A stretch of 63,899 nt of DNA, counting the filler, from Aduncisulcus paluster (taxonomy: Eukaryota): assembly GCA_024181965.1 (NCBI GenBank). It is 13 parts of 13 records of this genome, joined end to end, with 100 filler letters (N's around TTAATTAATTAA, not from the genome) between each part and the next. Parts side by side here need not be neighbours in the genome. Positions count along the whole stretch, not along the records: positions 21,773 to 33,039 come from BQXS01012017.1; positions 33,140 to 36,789 come from BQXS01012018.1; 11 more parts are not named here. One strand, given 5' to 3'. The notes beneath the pieces were generated by a model. That model was not told the origin of the DNA and searched no databases. It saw only the letters and a list, made by a program, of their open reading frames with translations. Below are positions 25,101-36,889 of this stretch, one piece after another; the first letter of the stretch is position 1, and the number at the start of each line of letters is the position of its first letter. The position numbers and the translations under genes are program-made.

Positions 25101-26288
25101 AGTGTAGGAATAACCATAGGTACATCTTCGATAAGTATAAATGATGGGAATATCCAAATAGTTCTTGTGTCTCCATCTAATGTTACCTCAATATTGCTTC
25201 CATATCGGTCAGATAATTCCCAAAATCAATTGTCCTCCAAATCGCATATGTTTTCTACCATTCGTCACTATGGAGAACATCTCAGCGGAAGGTGGAGAGT
25301 TTGTATTGAAACTGACTCTTCCTCCTCAAGTCTCTCATCATTCGCCCTCGTGGACGAAATCCACTTCGAGGCCAAGGGTCGGCCCCTATTGAACTCAAAT
25401 CGCTTTATTACACCTTCTCTTGGATCAACATTTTCTATTAATAGTTCCATCGGTGTCGTAATGAGTATTGAGGATGTATTTTGTTCTGACGTTTCTCTTG
25501 CCGTGACTTCTAGTTCTGAGATTAGTGTTTATATTGTTCCCAATCATGTTGCTAATCACAAATATTTCAATAATCCCCAACAAGATCCTTCATCCATTCT
25601 TGTTCATAATCATGTTGATCTTTCTTCCTTACGCATTGAATATCCGTCTTCCCAATGTCTTTCTTGGTTGGACACCGACAGTGATGCACGATGGATGCTC
25701 TCAGATACTGGAAATGAGGGATCGTTATTTCCAAATATAATATGTTTTCCTATTCCGTCAGTTCCTAATTTTAAAGAACAATGGGGAGATGAAGAGATAG
25801 ATTCTGATGAAGAATCTCAGTATTTTGGTTCTATTTTTAGAGTGGCTGTGATATTTCATGATAATAATACAATATCTCATTCGGATCCACTTGTCTCCAT
25901 TCCTTCTAATGCTGATTCATATGAGGGAATTGTGTCTTCTTTGGATATACCAAATCTGTTGGAACCGACTGTCAATTCTATATTTGGATGTTCGAGTATC
26001 TCAACTCCGTGCCGTGCGGGTTCATGTATTCTCCTTACAGATTCCATGATTGGGGAAATCGATAGATCTGGAGATTCAATTTGGCAAAAAATCCTTTCAT
26101 TTTTAAGATATCCGCTTTATTTTGGTAGATTAAAACTTCCATTATGGGTATTGTTTCTCATTATTTTGATAATTTTTGTGTTGATCATTGTTTTGATTCT
26201 TCGTTCATCACGAAAGAAAAAGAAGCCAAAATTCGTTTTTATGAGTCCAAAAGAAAGCACTCAACGATATGTTAGAATCGTATTTTAA
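22181..26288 (+). CDS. Kexin/furin-like subtilisin (S8) proprotein convertase with P-domain and C-terminal TM; probable introns 22224-22276 and 22797-22916; internal triplication
   Basis: Catalytic motifs VITDQG (D), HATECAGII (H), ASGND (N), GTSASTP (S); SHSWG; YGFGILNA; P-domain LVSPS...HYGEHLSGRW; TM followed by RKKKK. Both introns are GT..AG and keep frame. Confidence 0.88.
22877..24229 (+). repeat. Three tandem exact copies (466, 421, 466 bp) starting at 22877, 23343 and 23764
   Basis: All begin CGTTGTTCCAATCCGATAAT; sequences identical. Confidence 0.9.
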
Positions 26289-26990
26289 TCTTAATCTTTT
26301 AATAATTTGTTTCCATTACCTTGCTTTCACGACATCATTCAATGATAACCGGATTTGGTTTGTTTTACTTGTGAATAATAGTAATACTCTCAGTTTAGCG
26401 AGATGTATGTATATATTGGTTATAACAGAACTTATAAATTCCAATTTTGGAATGCCAACTGAAATGCTAAGTAAATCGAAATTCGAATGCACTTATTTAG
26501 TCAATTATGAGCCCTTTTCTTACGTCGCCTACACCTATGTGTCCAACTATCTTCCAAACTCCGCTAGGAGACAAATAAAGCTTCATTTAGTCAAATGTTG
26601 AGTCGCAACTTCATCTCCTGAAATATTGAATATCTCTAGTATCAAAGACCAATCACGATCCCCCCAGGGTTTCATATAAAAAAGAAGCATATTTTAGACA
26701 GATAACAACATAATATCAATTAATAATAGATTTGGAATGCAAGAAAAATGAACTTGCAACAGCTTTCTACATTCAATTCGCATAATCTACCATTTATGAA
26801 AATCCTTTGTTGTTATTGCCCATGTTTTTTGATATTCTGACATATTTTTCATTTTCCTTTCAAAGGATTTTGAGTTACCGGACCTGGATTTGAAACTTTC
26901 AACGATTGAATCGATCTTTTGGCCGATAAATAAATAAATACAAACTTTACAATATAAGAACTATGATTAGACATAAATGACATTTATTCT

Positions 26991-27899
26991 CTATTTTTCT
27001 CCTCTTCCACGTCCTCTCACGACTTGGATGATTTCTCCAATTTTCCTTTTCCGTTCTTGAATAATTGCAATAGCTTTGTATTCATAAGCGGTGACCATAA
27101 ATATTTCTGATGGGATTATATCCCGCATCGATAGGGATTCAATAAGAGGAGAAGTGACAATGTTATGATAAATATTCACAATACTTGTCAAACACCCATT
27201 AATATCACCCATATCGCCCCTTGTGGCTTCTGATGCGGTGGCCAACTGCTCAGGAGAATGAGATAAAACACGATGCTTTAGACGGCTGACAGCAAATTTA
27301 AGGGTCTGAAAAACGGCAAGACCACCTTCAAAAAGTAATTTCAAACCACTATCTGACCCAGATAGTAATTCAACAAATTTGAAAGCCATTAATAATCCTG
27401 TTTTTTCACCAGACATAAGAATATGCAAAATGGGTTCTAAAATACCACACATTCGTAAAGATTTTACAATATCGGCAGACTTTGATCCATGTTTTTGTAA
27501 TAATGAACAAAAAACTGCCAAAGCAGATGTTCTAACCAATTCAATTGACGCTGAACCAGGAAATACGTCAATAAAAGGAATTAATAGAATATGCATATTT
27601 AAATTGGTAAAAAATGTTGCAGTTCCATCTGTGAGAGCAATTTCTTTGACAAGCCTAATGACAGAAACGATTCTATCAGCATTAATCTTTGAAATAGTTG
27701 GTGGCTCAATAAAATTATAGGCAATGCACAATTCTTCAATAATTACTGCATTTATACCGGATGAATAACACAAAATAGTTGCTAATTCAGGAGTTTTCCC
27801 TTCATTGGCGATTTGGGCCAATTTAAGCAAAGATTCCGTCCTTGTATCATGATCAAATAACTTTGAAACGAGTTCATATACTTCTTTTAGTCGCGACAT
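26991..27899 (-). CDS. CNOT9: CCR4-NOT subunit CNOT9/Rcd1/Caf40 homolog (divergent)
   Basis: RTESLLKL, PELATILCYSSG, IEPPTIS...DRI, ELVRTSALAVFCSLL, ILEPILHILMSG, SDSGL align by eye to the Rcd1 ARM repeats; 302 aa is typical length. Confidence 0.8.
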   Translation of the reverse strand: MSRLKEVYELVSKLFDHDTRTESLLKLAQIANEGKTPELATILCYSSGINAVIIEELCIAYNFIEPPTISKINADRIVSVIRLVKEIALTDGTATFFTNLNMHILLIPFIDVFPGSASIELVRTSALAVFCSLLQKHGSKSADIVKSLRMCGILEPILHILMSGEKTGLLMAFKFVELLSGSDSGLKLLFEGGLAVFQTLKFAVSRLKHRVLSHSPEQLATASEATRGDMGDINGCLTSIVNIYHNIVTSPLIESLSMRDIIPSEIFMVTAYEYKAIAIIQERKRKIGEIIQVVRGRGRGEK

Positions 27900-28253
27900 T
27901 AATAGCCGTGGTAGTAGACAACTATCGAAGGAAAAGTGGGTTTTGAAAAATATATTCCAAATTGAATTTAATTGGAATATTTATACAAGAATTGAATATT
28001 TTATTTAATTTTTATTAATCCTAAATCAATAAAATCTTTCAGTTTATTGCTAATCATCCGATAAAGGGGAATTCTGTTCATGAGATAGCCATTACAAATT
28101 TTAAAGTTTCAAAAACAATTTTTTGTTTTCTCTTAATAGAGGACCAAGTGAAAGATTCTTGTTTCTATCAAAATTAAAGGATTTATTCGTTGGTTGAAGT
28201 TGTTCCGAAAAGTTCTTATAACTAGCAGTGGTAACAAATAGAAAATAAAACTT

Positions 28254-28850
28254 TCAATATCCATACATAGGATCATTTATATCGATCGTTTTTGGATCAT
28301 CTTGATGACCTTTAGATTTCTTCTTCTTAATCTTTTTCATTCGTTTCTTAATGACTTTAGCTTTCGCTTTTATCTCACTATCACAATGCTCAGGATCTTT
28401 ATCATCATCTTCTATTGCCTTCTCGCCTTCTTTTGCTAATATAAGAGACCTTTCTTTCCTCTCGAGAGAAATAGCCTCTTTCATCTTTTTTTCTTCGTGT
28501 AAACCGCTAATGTATGTATCAGATCTATATTTAGAGATACCTCCAGTTGATGGAGTTATAATATCCCTCTTTCCATACAGAATATCTTGCTGAATGGAGT
28601 CTTCATGCTCTTTTCGAGCACTAACTGTCGAATACATCCAATCAAGGCCAATATTTTTCTTTTCAGGAACTATTCCTCTCGCTTCTTGTTCTTTTCTTGT
28701 TTTCTTAAAAGCTATTTCTTTCTTGAGGGTCTCAATGCGTGATTGTTCCCTTATTTTTTTGGCAGCTTCCTGTTTTTCACGTTCCATGAGCTCCTGTCGA
28801 CGCTTCTTTGTTCCTACATGCCATAACTTATGAGCATTTAAATTTGACAT
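28254..28850 (-). CDS. CWC25: CWC25-like pre-mRNA splicing factor (Cir_N domain)
   Basis: N-terminal LNAHKLWHVGT (cf. LNLKKSWHP), coiled coil, then GLDWMY; ATG at 28850. Confidence 0.75.
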   Translation of the reverse strand: MSNLNAHKLWHVGTKKRRQELMEREKQEAAKKIREQSRIETLKKEIAFKKTRKEQEARGIVPEKKNIGLDWMYSTVSARKEHEDSIQQDILYGKRDIITPSTGGISKYRSDTYISGLHEEKKMKEAISLERKERSLILAKEGEKAIEDDDKDPEHCDSEIKAKAKVIKKRMKKIKKKKSKGHQDDPKTIDINDPMYGY

Positions 28851-29413
28851 TGCATAATAGCTACAAAAAAGAAATTGACTCAATTTCGAAAAGTTTTCCC
28901 TGACGAATTTCAAAGATGAGGAAATGAAATCAATAATGGAAGAAATAAATATTAACATCTGAAAAACAAAAATGATTCTTCTATTTGATCTCTACATAAA
29001 GTAAAAGACCAAGGAGGAGAATCCATCAATATACAGCGTTATAATCACACAAAAGAAGCCATATTTTAATTTTAAATGGGAATCCAAAAATATTTTATCA
29101 GTTAAATTGAATTTAGTGCGAGAAGGAAAATGTGGGACCAAAATCCATAATAATACATCAATCTTCAAGAATAACCATAAAGAAAAGTTAACATGCTATT
29201 CTATTCTCAATAATATTATTATTGATTTCAGGATTTTGTAGGTTCTCCCAAAACATGGAAAGTTTGTGAATTCAAGGTAATACAAGAAATTACAATATTT
29301 CTTAAATAGATCCAGCATAGATATTATTATATTTATGGTTTTATTGCGAAAATAAGTAACCGTTAAAAGATATCGAGATCCCGAAAAAATCTGGTGCTTT
29401 TGGCAACAAGAAG

Positions 29414-30103
29414 ATGGATCCTTCAGCCCCCGCTTATTGGGATAAGTTATATAGTGAAACAACAACAAATTTTGATTGGTATTGCCAGATAAAAGATATA
29501 TATACTTTGTTCTCTCCAAAAGTAACTGCTGACAGTGAAATATTGTATGTCTTCTATGATTATTATTTATCCGTGTTCTATATATTGTATTGCCCCATTA
29601 ATTATTATAAAATATGACTTTTTTTTTTTTATTATTCTAGAATTCAAGGATGTGGGTCATCAAGGACACCCGAACAACTTTACACACATGGACACAAACA
29701 TATTACAGCAGTAGATTTTTGTGAACGTGTTATCGCCGCCCAAAAGCATCGCTGTCAAGGGCTTGATGGAATTTCTTTTGAGTATATGAATGTGTGCTAT
29801 AGTGAATTGCCGAGTGATACCTACGATTTTATTATTGATAAAGCTCTTTTGGACACTATTCTTTGTAGTACAGACAACTTTGAATCTTGTAAGGCTTATT
29901 TGCGGGAAACCTATCGTGTTCTTAAGCCTGGTGGTACTTTTATGATTCTATCACACGCCGATCCCTCCGAAAGAGATGATGTTCTCGGTCTTGGAAGTCT
30001 TGGCTGGGATGTATCCCACGTTACTGTCGCCAAAGATTTAACATGTGTTCAAGGAGCAGAAAGTGGGTGTGCCGAGTATCATTTATATTTCCTTCAGAAA
30101 TGA
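29414..30103 (+). CDS. Class I SAM methyltransferase, METTL13-N/EEF1AKMT4-like; join(29414..29544, 29641..30103)
   Basis: YWDKLY, FDWY, spliced motif I ILIQGCGSS, ITAVDF, IIDKALLD, RVLKPGG. 96-nt intron GTATGT...CTAG at 29545-29640. Confidence 0.92.
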
Positions 30104-30458
30104 ATAATATTATAGTCATGAGTACTTTCGTTTTGTAGCAATATTCAATCTTATAATAAATAAATTATTTTTTAGGTGTATCCTGGGTATTCAATTGAAT
30201 TTTTGTGGATAATCTTTCAACTTTTATAATATTATATGAAAATTAATGTTTATTTGGTGTTACCTTATATATTCTGGAGGTGGGTATGGACTTCTATTTC
30301 GGCGAAATTCTATGATTGGTTTCTCTCATTTAAATTAAGAAAGGGCATAATGAATCGATTTAAATCATAATGAAAAATCTGATAATATTAGCCATTAATT
30401 ATAAAGCTTTGGCGCCTTCGACGTAAGTTTGAAACACTGTGTTTGACTCACAATCAAC

Positions 30459-33039
30459 ATGTTAAGAAGCAAATTGACATCTCCTGATGCAATTTGTGTA
30501 CTTTCTGCAGATGAATTTCGTGAAGTTTTTACTCAGTTGCATTTAGCTGATAAAGATTTTTTCCACCATCTCAGTACATTGATATTGTCTGAATTTTCGA
30601 CAAGGTTTGAGCATGACATTGTTCCAAAGATTAAATCGTCAATTCCTTTCGTTCCTCAGGCTATTTTGACGTCATTATCATCCGTTTTGGGAACCCAACT
30701 GATAAAACCCCATCAAAACCCTCCCAAGAAATCAGAACGATTATACCAACTTAGAAAAACCCTTAGAGAACATGTCCTTGTTTTGTTGGTTCTTCTTGCT
30801 AGGTTTGGATATTCTCCACTCACTGCCTTGGATGACACCATAAGAGGCTCTAAAATCTGTGGAATACAAGATAATGTTATTGATTATCTTAAAATTTTCC
30901 GTGATATTATTGAAGCAACTGGTTCTCGTTCGATTTCCATGAGTTTTATTCTTCCTTCGAGCCCAGAGATACATACTGTCCTTATTCCCACTACTACTCG
31001 ATTTTCATGGCGGTCTCCCACTGTCTTAGCCACTCAAAGTGTTAAAGAAGCAGAAAAAAATACAAAATTAGAATTATTGCAAGTTCTCATGAGTTTGAAT
31101 GATTCATTGGTGAAGAAACAGGGAAAACATGTTAAGAAACGAGGCAAAGGGAAGAAATCTGCTCCCAAAGAGGATGAACCAGATAAGGAAGGCACTGAGC
31201 TTAGTTCTGACGATGTAATATCCGATCTTTCGTCCTCAATCATCTCCCTGATATCTTCAAGTTCATCAAAGGCTGATGCTCTCGAGAACAGGCTTTATGA
31301 ATTGCAAATAGTCATGGGTCTATGTAAAACAAAACAACGTAAGAAGAGGGGTCAGCGAGACAAAGATAACAAGGAGGTCTCCAAAGAGGAGTCTCTTGAT
31401 GAAGAGCTTGAGCTTGAGCCGAGAGAAAGGACGGCATCTCAGCTCTCCAAATCCATATCCCTCTCCAAATTCCCATCCCTCACCTCTCTTCCCTCTGGTC
31501 TGTGCTTTTCTGATGGTGTTTCTCCCTACATGTCTCATGTGCTTGTTCAAACTGAAGAACTTGTTGCGGAGATGCTTCAACAGATACGTATGGAAATTGG
31601 AGACATGGGTGGAAATTCTATATCCAAGTGTGAACGGCTGAAAGATGAATTACTCTTTGAAATGAACATTCGTGGAAAGAGACAGGAGGATCTTCTTCAG
31701 AAACGTCTCGAATCACTCGAAACAAGAGTTAGGGAACAGTTATCATCTGTTCAGACTTCTGCAAAAATCTCGACCGCTGTGGACGATAGGAAGGCCAGTT
31801 CATTAGATGTATCAACAGAGTGTAGCACAGTCCAGCCTGCTCTCGAGGGTGGTTTAAGTCAAGAGGATTCTCAAACTATTCAATTGAATAGAACTACGAT
31901 AAAAGAATTGGCTGAACGCATTGGATCCCTTGAGGCTGTTGAGAAAAAGGTGGCTGAGAGACGTGCTATTCGTTTACATAACATGGAAGTAGATATCAAG
32001 GCCGAGAAAGAGCGTGAAAGAGCACGTGATACCGAGATTGATGCTGCTCGTAAGAGTTTATTGAAGAAACTAACCCAATTGAGCCAGGATAAAGTCAAAT
32101 CATTCGACTCTATGATGAAATCTCCCGACATGGCGAAGTTGCCTGAAGAACAGTACAGAACAGTATATGAACTAATGAGTAGCATGGTCGACAGAGTGAC
32201 CAGTCTCGAGGCCTTAGTGCAGATCTTCGACTCTAAGCTTGGCGATGAGAGATCTGAGAGAGTCGACCAGGAAGAGAGACATAAAGTGATGGAATTGAGG
32301 CGCTTTGAGGCCGATGTGCAAGAAGACGAAGAAATGCAACAACGTGAGGAGCTTGAGAAGAGGTATAAGGAGAAAGATGCCGCGTGGAAGTCTATGATTG
32401 AGTCCAGACTTGCCCTCCCTGATGATATCCTTAAAGCGTCAGGATGGAATGAGTCTGGAGGCCAATCAATGTCTGCCGAGCTGTCTTCGGAATTAACTGA
32501 GCTAACACGTCGTTTGGTGTCTGACATTATTCAGGAGAGTGTGCAAGAAAAAGAGTTGGACTTTGAAATTGGTCTTTCTGAAGTGAAGGCTGAGTTTGAA
32601 GAGCTCAGTGGGAAAGTTTCCACACTTGGTAAAACTCTTGATCTTGAAACGATCGTTGAGCTCATCCGTTCCCAGCTTTCTTCAGCCATGGGATCTGTTG
32701 AGGAGCGGATAGAAGGTCGTATTAAGGATGAGCTTGTCTCTGCTGTCTCTGTCCAGGTATCTGAAGATCTCAGGCCTACTATTGATGAGATTGTGGACGA
32801 TCGTCTGGATTCCTCCATCACAGAGGCCATGACAACGGCCATCAGTGAATACGTCTCCGAATATGTGTTTGAAGAGCTTGCCAAGAGAGATGAAGAGTGG
32901 GAGAAAAAGTTTAGTGCAATGAGTCAAGGTACAGTGCATTCTTCAGTCTCTGCGGAAGAGAAGAAGGAAGAAGAGGAACAGAAGGAGGGTGGGGAACCCT
33001 CAGACAGTGATGATGTTGGCCCTGTACAGCCTGAGAAAG
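30459..33039 (+). CDS. Hypothetical coiled-coil protein, 3' truncated
   Basis: 860-codon open frame with E/K/L heptad-rich composition. Confidence 0.75.
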
Positions 33040-33141
33040 NNNNNNNNNNNNNNNNNNNNNNNNNNNNNNNNNNNNNNNNNNNNTTAATTAATTAANNNNN
33101 NNNNNNNNNNNNNNNNNNNNNNNNNNNNNNNNNNNNNNNGA

Positions 33142-36100
33142 AACGTTGAGAGTGCCTCATTACTCAAAGAAGCCTGTATTTACGATGGAAGAATATGTCA
33201 AAAGATTCGGAAATATGAGAAACTGAAGAGTTCAGAGACCTGGAGCATTAAACTCTGTGAGCGTGGAACTGATCGCAAACGACGTCGACGTGAGTCTACG
33301 ATTGCCCCTCAACAGCCTCTTGAGCCTAACTCTGGGGATGTTGTCGGCACAGGTGCGTTGGAAAGTGTGGAGTTGACAAGAGGAAGTACCTCCGCCACTC
33401 CAGTCGTTTCTAGTGGAGCGAATGGCTCAAATAACAATAATAGTGGCCATAATGTGTATAATTCTACCCACTCAAAATCTAAGTCCAAGTCGAGGAAGAA
33501 AGAGAAAGAGGACCAATCGTCGAAGAAGAGAACACCTTCAGGCAACAGTCAGAGTTATCAGGAAGCTAGAGTTATGAGGGAGGAAGAGGTTGAATCTGAA
33601 GAGGAGGAAGAAGGGGAGGAGGAAGAGGAGGAAGAGGAGGAAGAGGAGGAAGAAGAAGAGTATTCCACTCTCGAGGAAGAGGACGAGGAAGAAGGCGAAA
33701 GCTTACCTAAATTACCACATTCATCCTTCTCCTATTTCTCTCATGATCCCCTGTTCTATAGGGAGTTTTCAAGTGAACTTAAAGAAAATATTGTGCAGAC
33801 ATATTTTACCTCCTTCCGAAAACAATGTCAAAGCGCAGGATCCTCATACCGTTCTTCAAAGAAAAGTCTGAAATCTACGATATTATCAACTCGGATGCCC
33901 TCAGACGCCTTGCTGTGTGAAAGTGGAAATGTTTTCCCCGATGTTATCCTCCGTGTCTCTCCCAATGAATCTGTGTTGAATTTGTACGCTCAATCACTCT
34001 GGAGATATGCTCAGATTGGTCCAGATGGCGATGAGTGGAAAGAGAGGAAACAGTTCATGTCTGTTCTAAATTCTCTCAATACAGACTTCTTTTCATCACC
34101 CAAATTTAACATTATCAAATTCTTTGTCCATCCTTCCTTTTGCGAGAACAATATCTGTGTTCTTATCGATGTTCCTTCCCCTAATCACGCAACTACCCTT
34201 GCCAATCGCTTGGGTGTGGAGTTGGGCTGTTTCCCGGCTCCCCCCTCTTCGTCCTCCTCCTCAGTCCCTCCTTCCCCTTCTTCCTCTCCCACGTTGAGTT
34301 CCTCCTCTATTTCCTCCTCTATCCCTTCCTCGCTCCTCGTGTATATTACTCCGAGAATCCGTCAACAATGGCTGGATTACTTTGCTCATGTGTGTGCCGT
34401 TTCTGATGATGATGATGCTTCCAGTCATTCTCAGAAGTCGCTCTCTACCTCAACTGCAGTGAAAAGTCTTGTATTTTTATCGGCATTCGATCATTTATCG
34501 CCTCTTAACGGTGTATCTTCCATTCAACATTTCCTTCACTCTCTATCATTCTCCTTGAATATTCCAGAGGTCATGTGTGTTCGTTGTGTCACTGCCAACA
34601 CGATTGAAGAAGGGGTAGCAAGTGAATTATTATGTGCTCCACGATTGAGGGAGCGTGGTGTGATTGGTGAGCGAGCCACTGCACAGCAAGAGGACGACGA
34701 GAGGAAAAGTAAGGTGCCTTTGAAAGCTCTGGATGAATCTACCCTTGATTGTTCATTTGGAAATCACAAAAAGGTATACATTGATAGACAGAGGAAGGAC
34801 AAACGTAAGAGAATTCAGTGGATATCGGACTGTGTTAAAGAAGGAGTCGATGCTGACATATCAAGAATTAATACTGAAAGGTTAGAAATGACTGCAGAGT
34901 TTACTTCTGAACTAGAAACTGAATCTCGCATAAAAGAGGAAGAAGAAGAGGAAGACCTTGATATCGATGCCCTTGAAGAGTGTTTTGCTATTCCTTTTCC
35001 TGCTCAATGGGGTCTATCGAGTCAATCTATGAAAAATGCAGTCCAGGTTTGTGCCTTTGCTCATCTTAAATCCATGGGTGACTCAATGCATATACATTTC
35101 TCTATCCCCAAAGAAGAGAGGGAACTTCCTTTGGCAGCATCAAATATTCTTCAAAAAATGTTTTCAAGTGGAGTTTCAGTTCATTCCAAAGCTTATTTCT
35201 TGCCACAAAGTATCGTATCCCCATTATCATTTCCAAATGCCATATCTTCGGTGTGCCGCCAATATTTGCGCTCTTCCGTCGAACGATCTAAATTTAGAAA
35301 CTCAGTTCTTCCTCAAACTCAACCATTTTATAAAGGATCGGTGTCTCCTAATTTTGGAGTTCGTGGGTCTCGTGACACTGTTGGTTCTTCAGCTTCATCT
35401 GTTTTTTCTGTAATCAAGAGACGGGCCAAAGACAACATTTCTGAACGAGGGAAAAGTTCCTCTTTGTCGATTGTTAAGCTGAAAGAAGAAGAGAACTGTC
35501 CTGTTTTGCATTCATTTAGCACCGTGTCGTTTTCGGATGCTTCTCAGTTTTCGTCTTGCTTTACAAAAGATGATCACAATGCTCAACTTCACCAATCGAC
35601 GTCAATTGATGCTGGAACACACCTTATCTCTGGTTCAAACTCACCATCAACGTTTCAATATGGCATATGGACCCAACATGATGATACTGTCGTGTCTGAC
35701 TGGTTAACGAATTATATCTGGACTATCAAAGATGTTCAGGANNNNNNNNNNNNNNNNNNNNCAAAGACAACATTTCTGAACGAGGGAAAAGTTCCTCTTT
35801 GTCGATTGTTAAGCTGAAAGAAGAAGAGAACTGTCCTGTTTTGCATTCATTTAGCACCGTGTCGTTTTCGGATGCTTCTCAGTTTTCGTCTTGCTTTACA
35901 AAAGATGATCACAATGCTCAACTTCACCAATCGACGTCAATTGATGCTGGAACACACCTTATCTCTGGTTCAAACTCACCATCAACGTTTCAATATGGCA
36001 TATGGACCCAACATGATGATACTGTCGTGTCTGACTGGTTAACGAATTATATCTGGACTATCAAAGATGTTCAGGAGTGTATTGCAAGATGTCTTGGAAG

Positions 36101-36789
36101 GAAAGATATTCTTTCACAGGTCAAGAGTACCTGTGGTTGGAGCAGGGAAGATGAAGAAGAAGAAGAGGAGGAGGAGGAGGAAGAGACAGTCACAATTGGC
36201 AAGAGGAGACGAATTGATGATAAGATTGAAATCGCTGAACAACCATCAGACAAAACTCAAACCAGATCTTCGGTTTGTAACAAAGGATTTTTCGATCAAT
36301 TAATGGAATCGTCTGGAGCTCTGCTCTCACCTTTATACTTTACTCACATTCATACGGCTCCATGGGAATTTTGGGACAATTTACTCCCTCCTTCACCACC
36401 TGCCCTTCTTTTGTCTCGGACTGAATTGGACACTGATGTTGTTCAGCTATTTTTAGAAAAGCAGAAATACGAACAGTTCATTGATTTGGCAGATATGAGT
36501 GTGGATCATAGTTCACTGGATAAAGAGAAGAAAGAAGTAGGAGAGGAGGGAAGAGAAGATGAGGAGGAGGAAATGCGCGCTCGAAAGAAGATGGCTTGGG
36601 AAAAGGAGAAGATGATGGAAGGGAAAAGAAAACAAACTGAGAGATTATCGGAACAAGAACGTCGTGAAGCTATATTGTTGGACCCAAGATTATTCTCATA
36701 TGGTCACGAATCTTCATTAATACGCGATTTAGGGAAACGAACCAAAGATATCCTTGGAATTGATGTGGGGAAGGCTGTAAACGAGCGTT
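33142..36789 (+). CDS. Hypothetical protein with poly-Glu tracts, partial; interrupted by N20 gap with duplicated overlap
   Basis: Frame open from the contig edge. 35427-35741 is repeated at 35762-36076; collapsing the overlap joins the two ORFs. Confidence 0.7.
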
Positions 36790-36889
36790 NNNNNNNNNNN
36801 NNNNNNNNNNNNNNNNNNNNNNNNNNNNNNNNNTTAATTAATTAANNNNNNNNNNNNNNNNNNNNNNNNNNNNNNNNNNNNNNNNNNNN

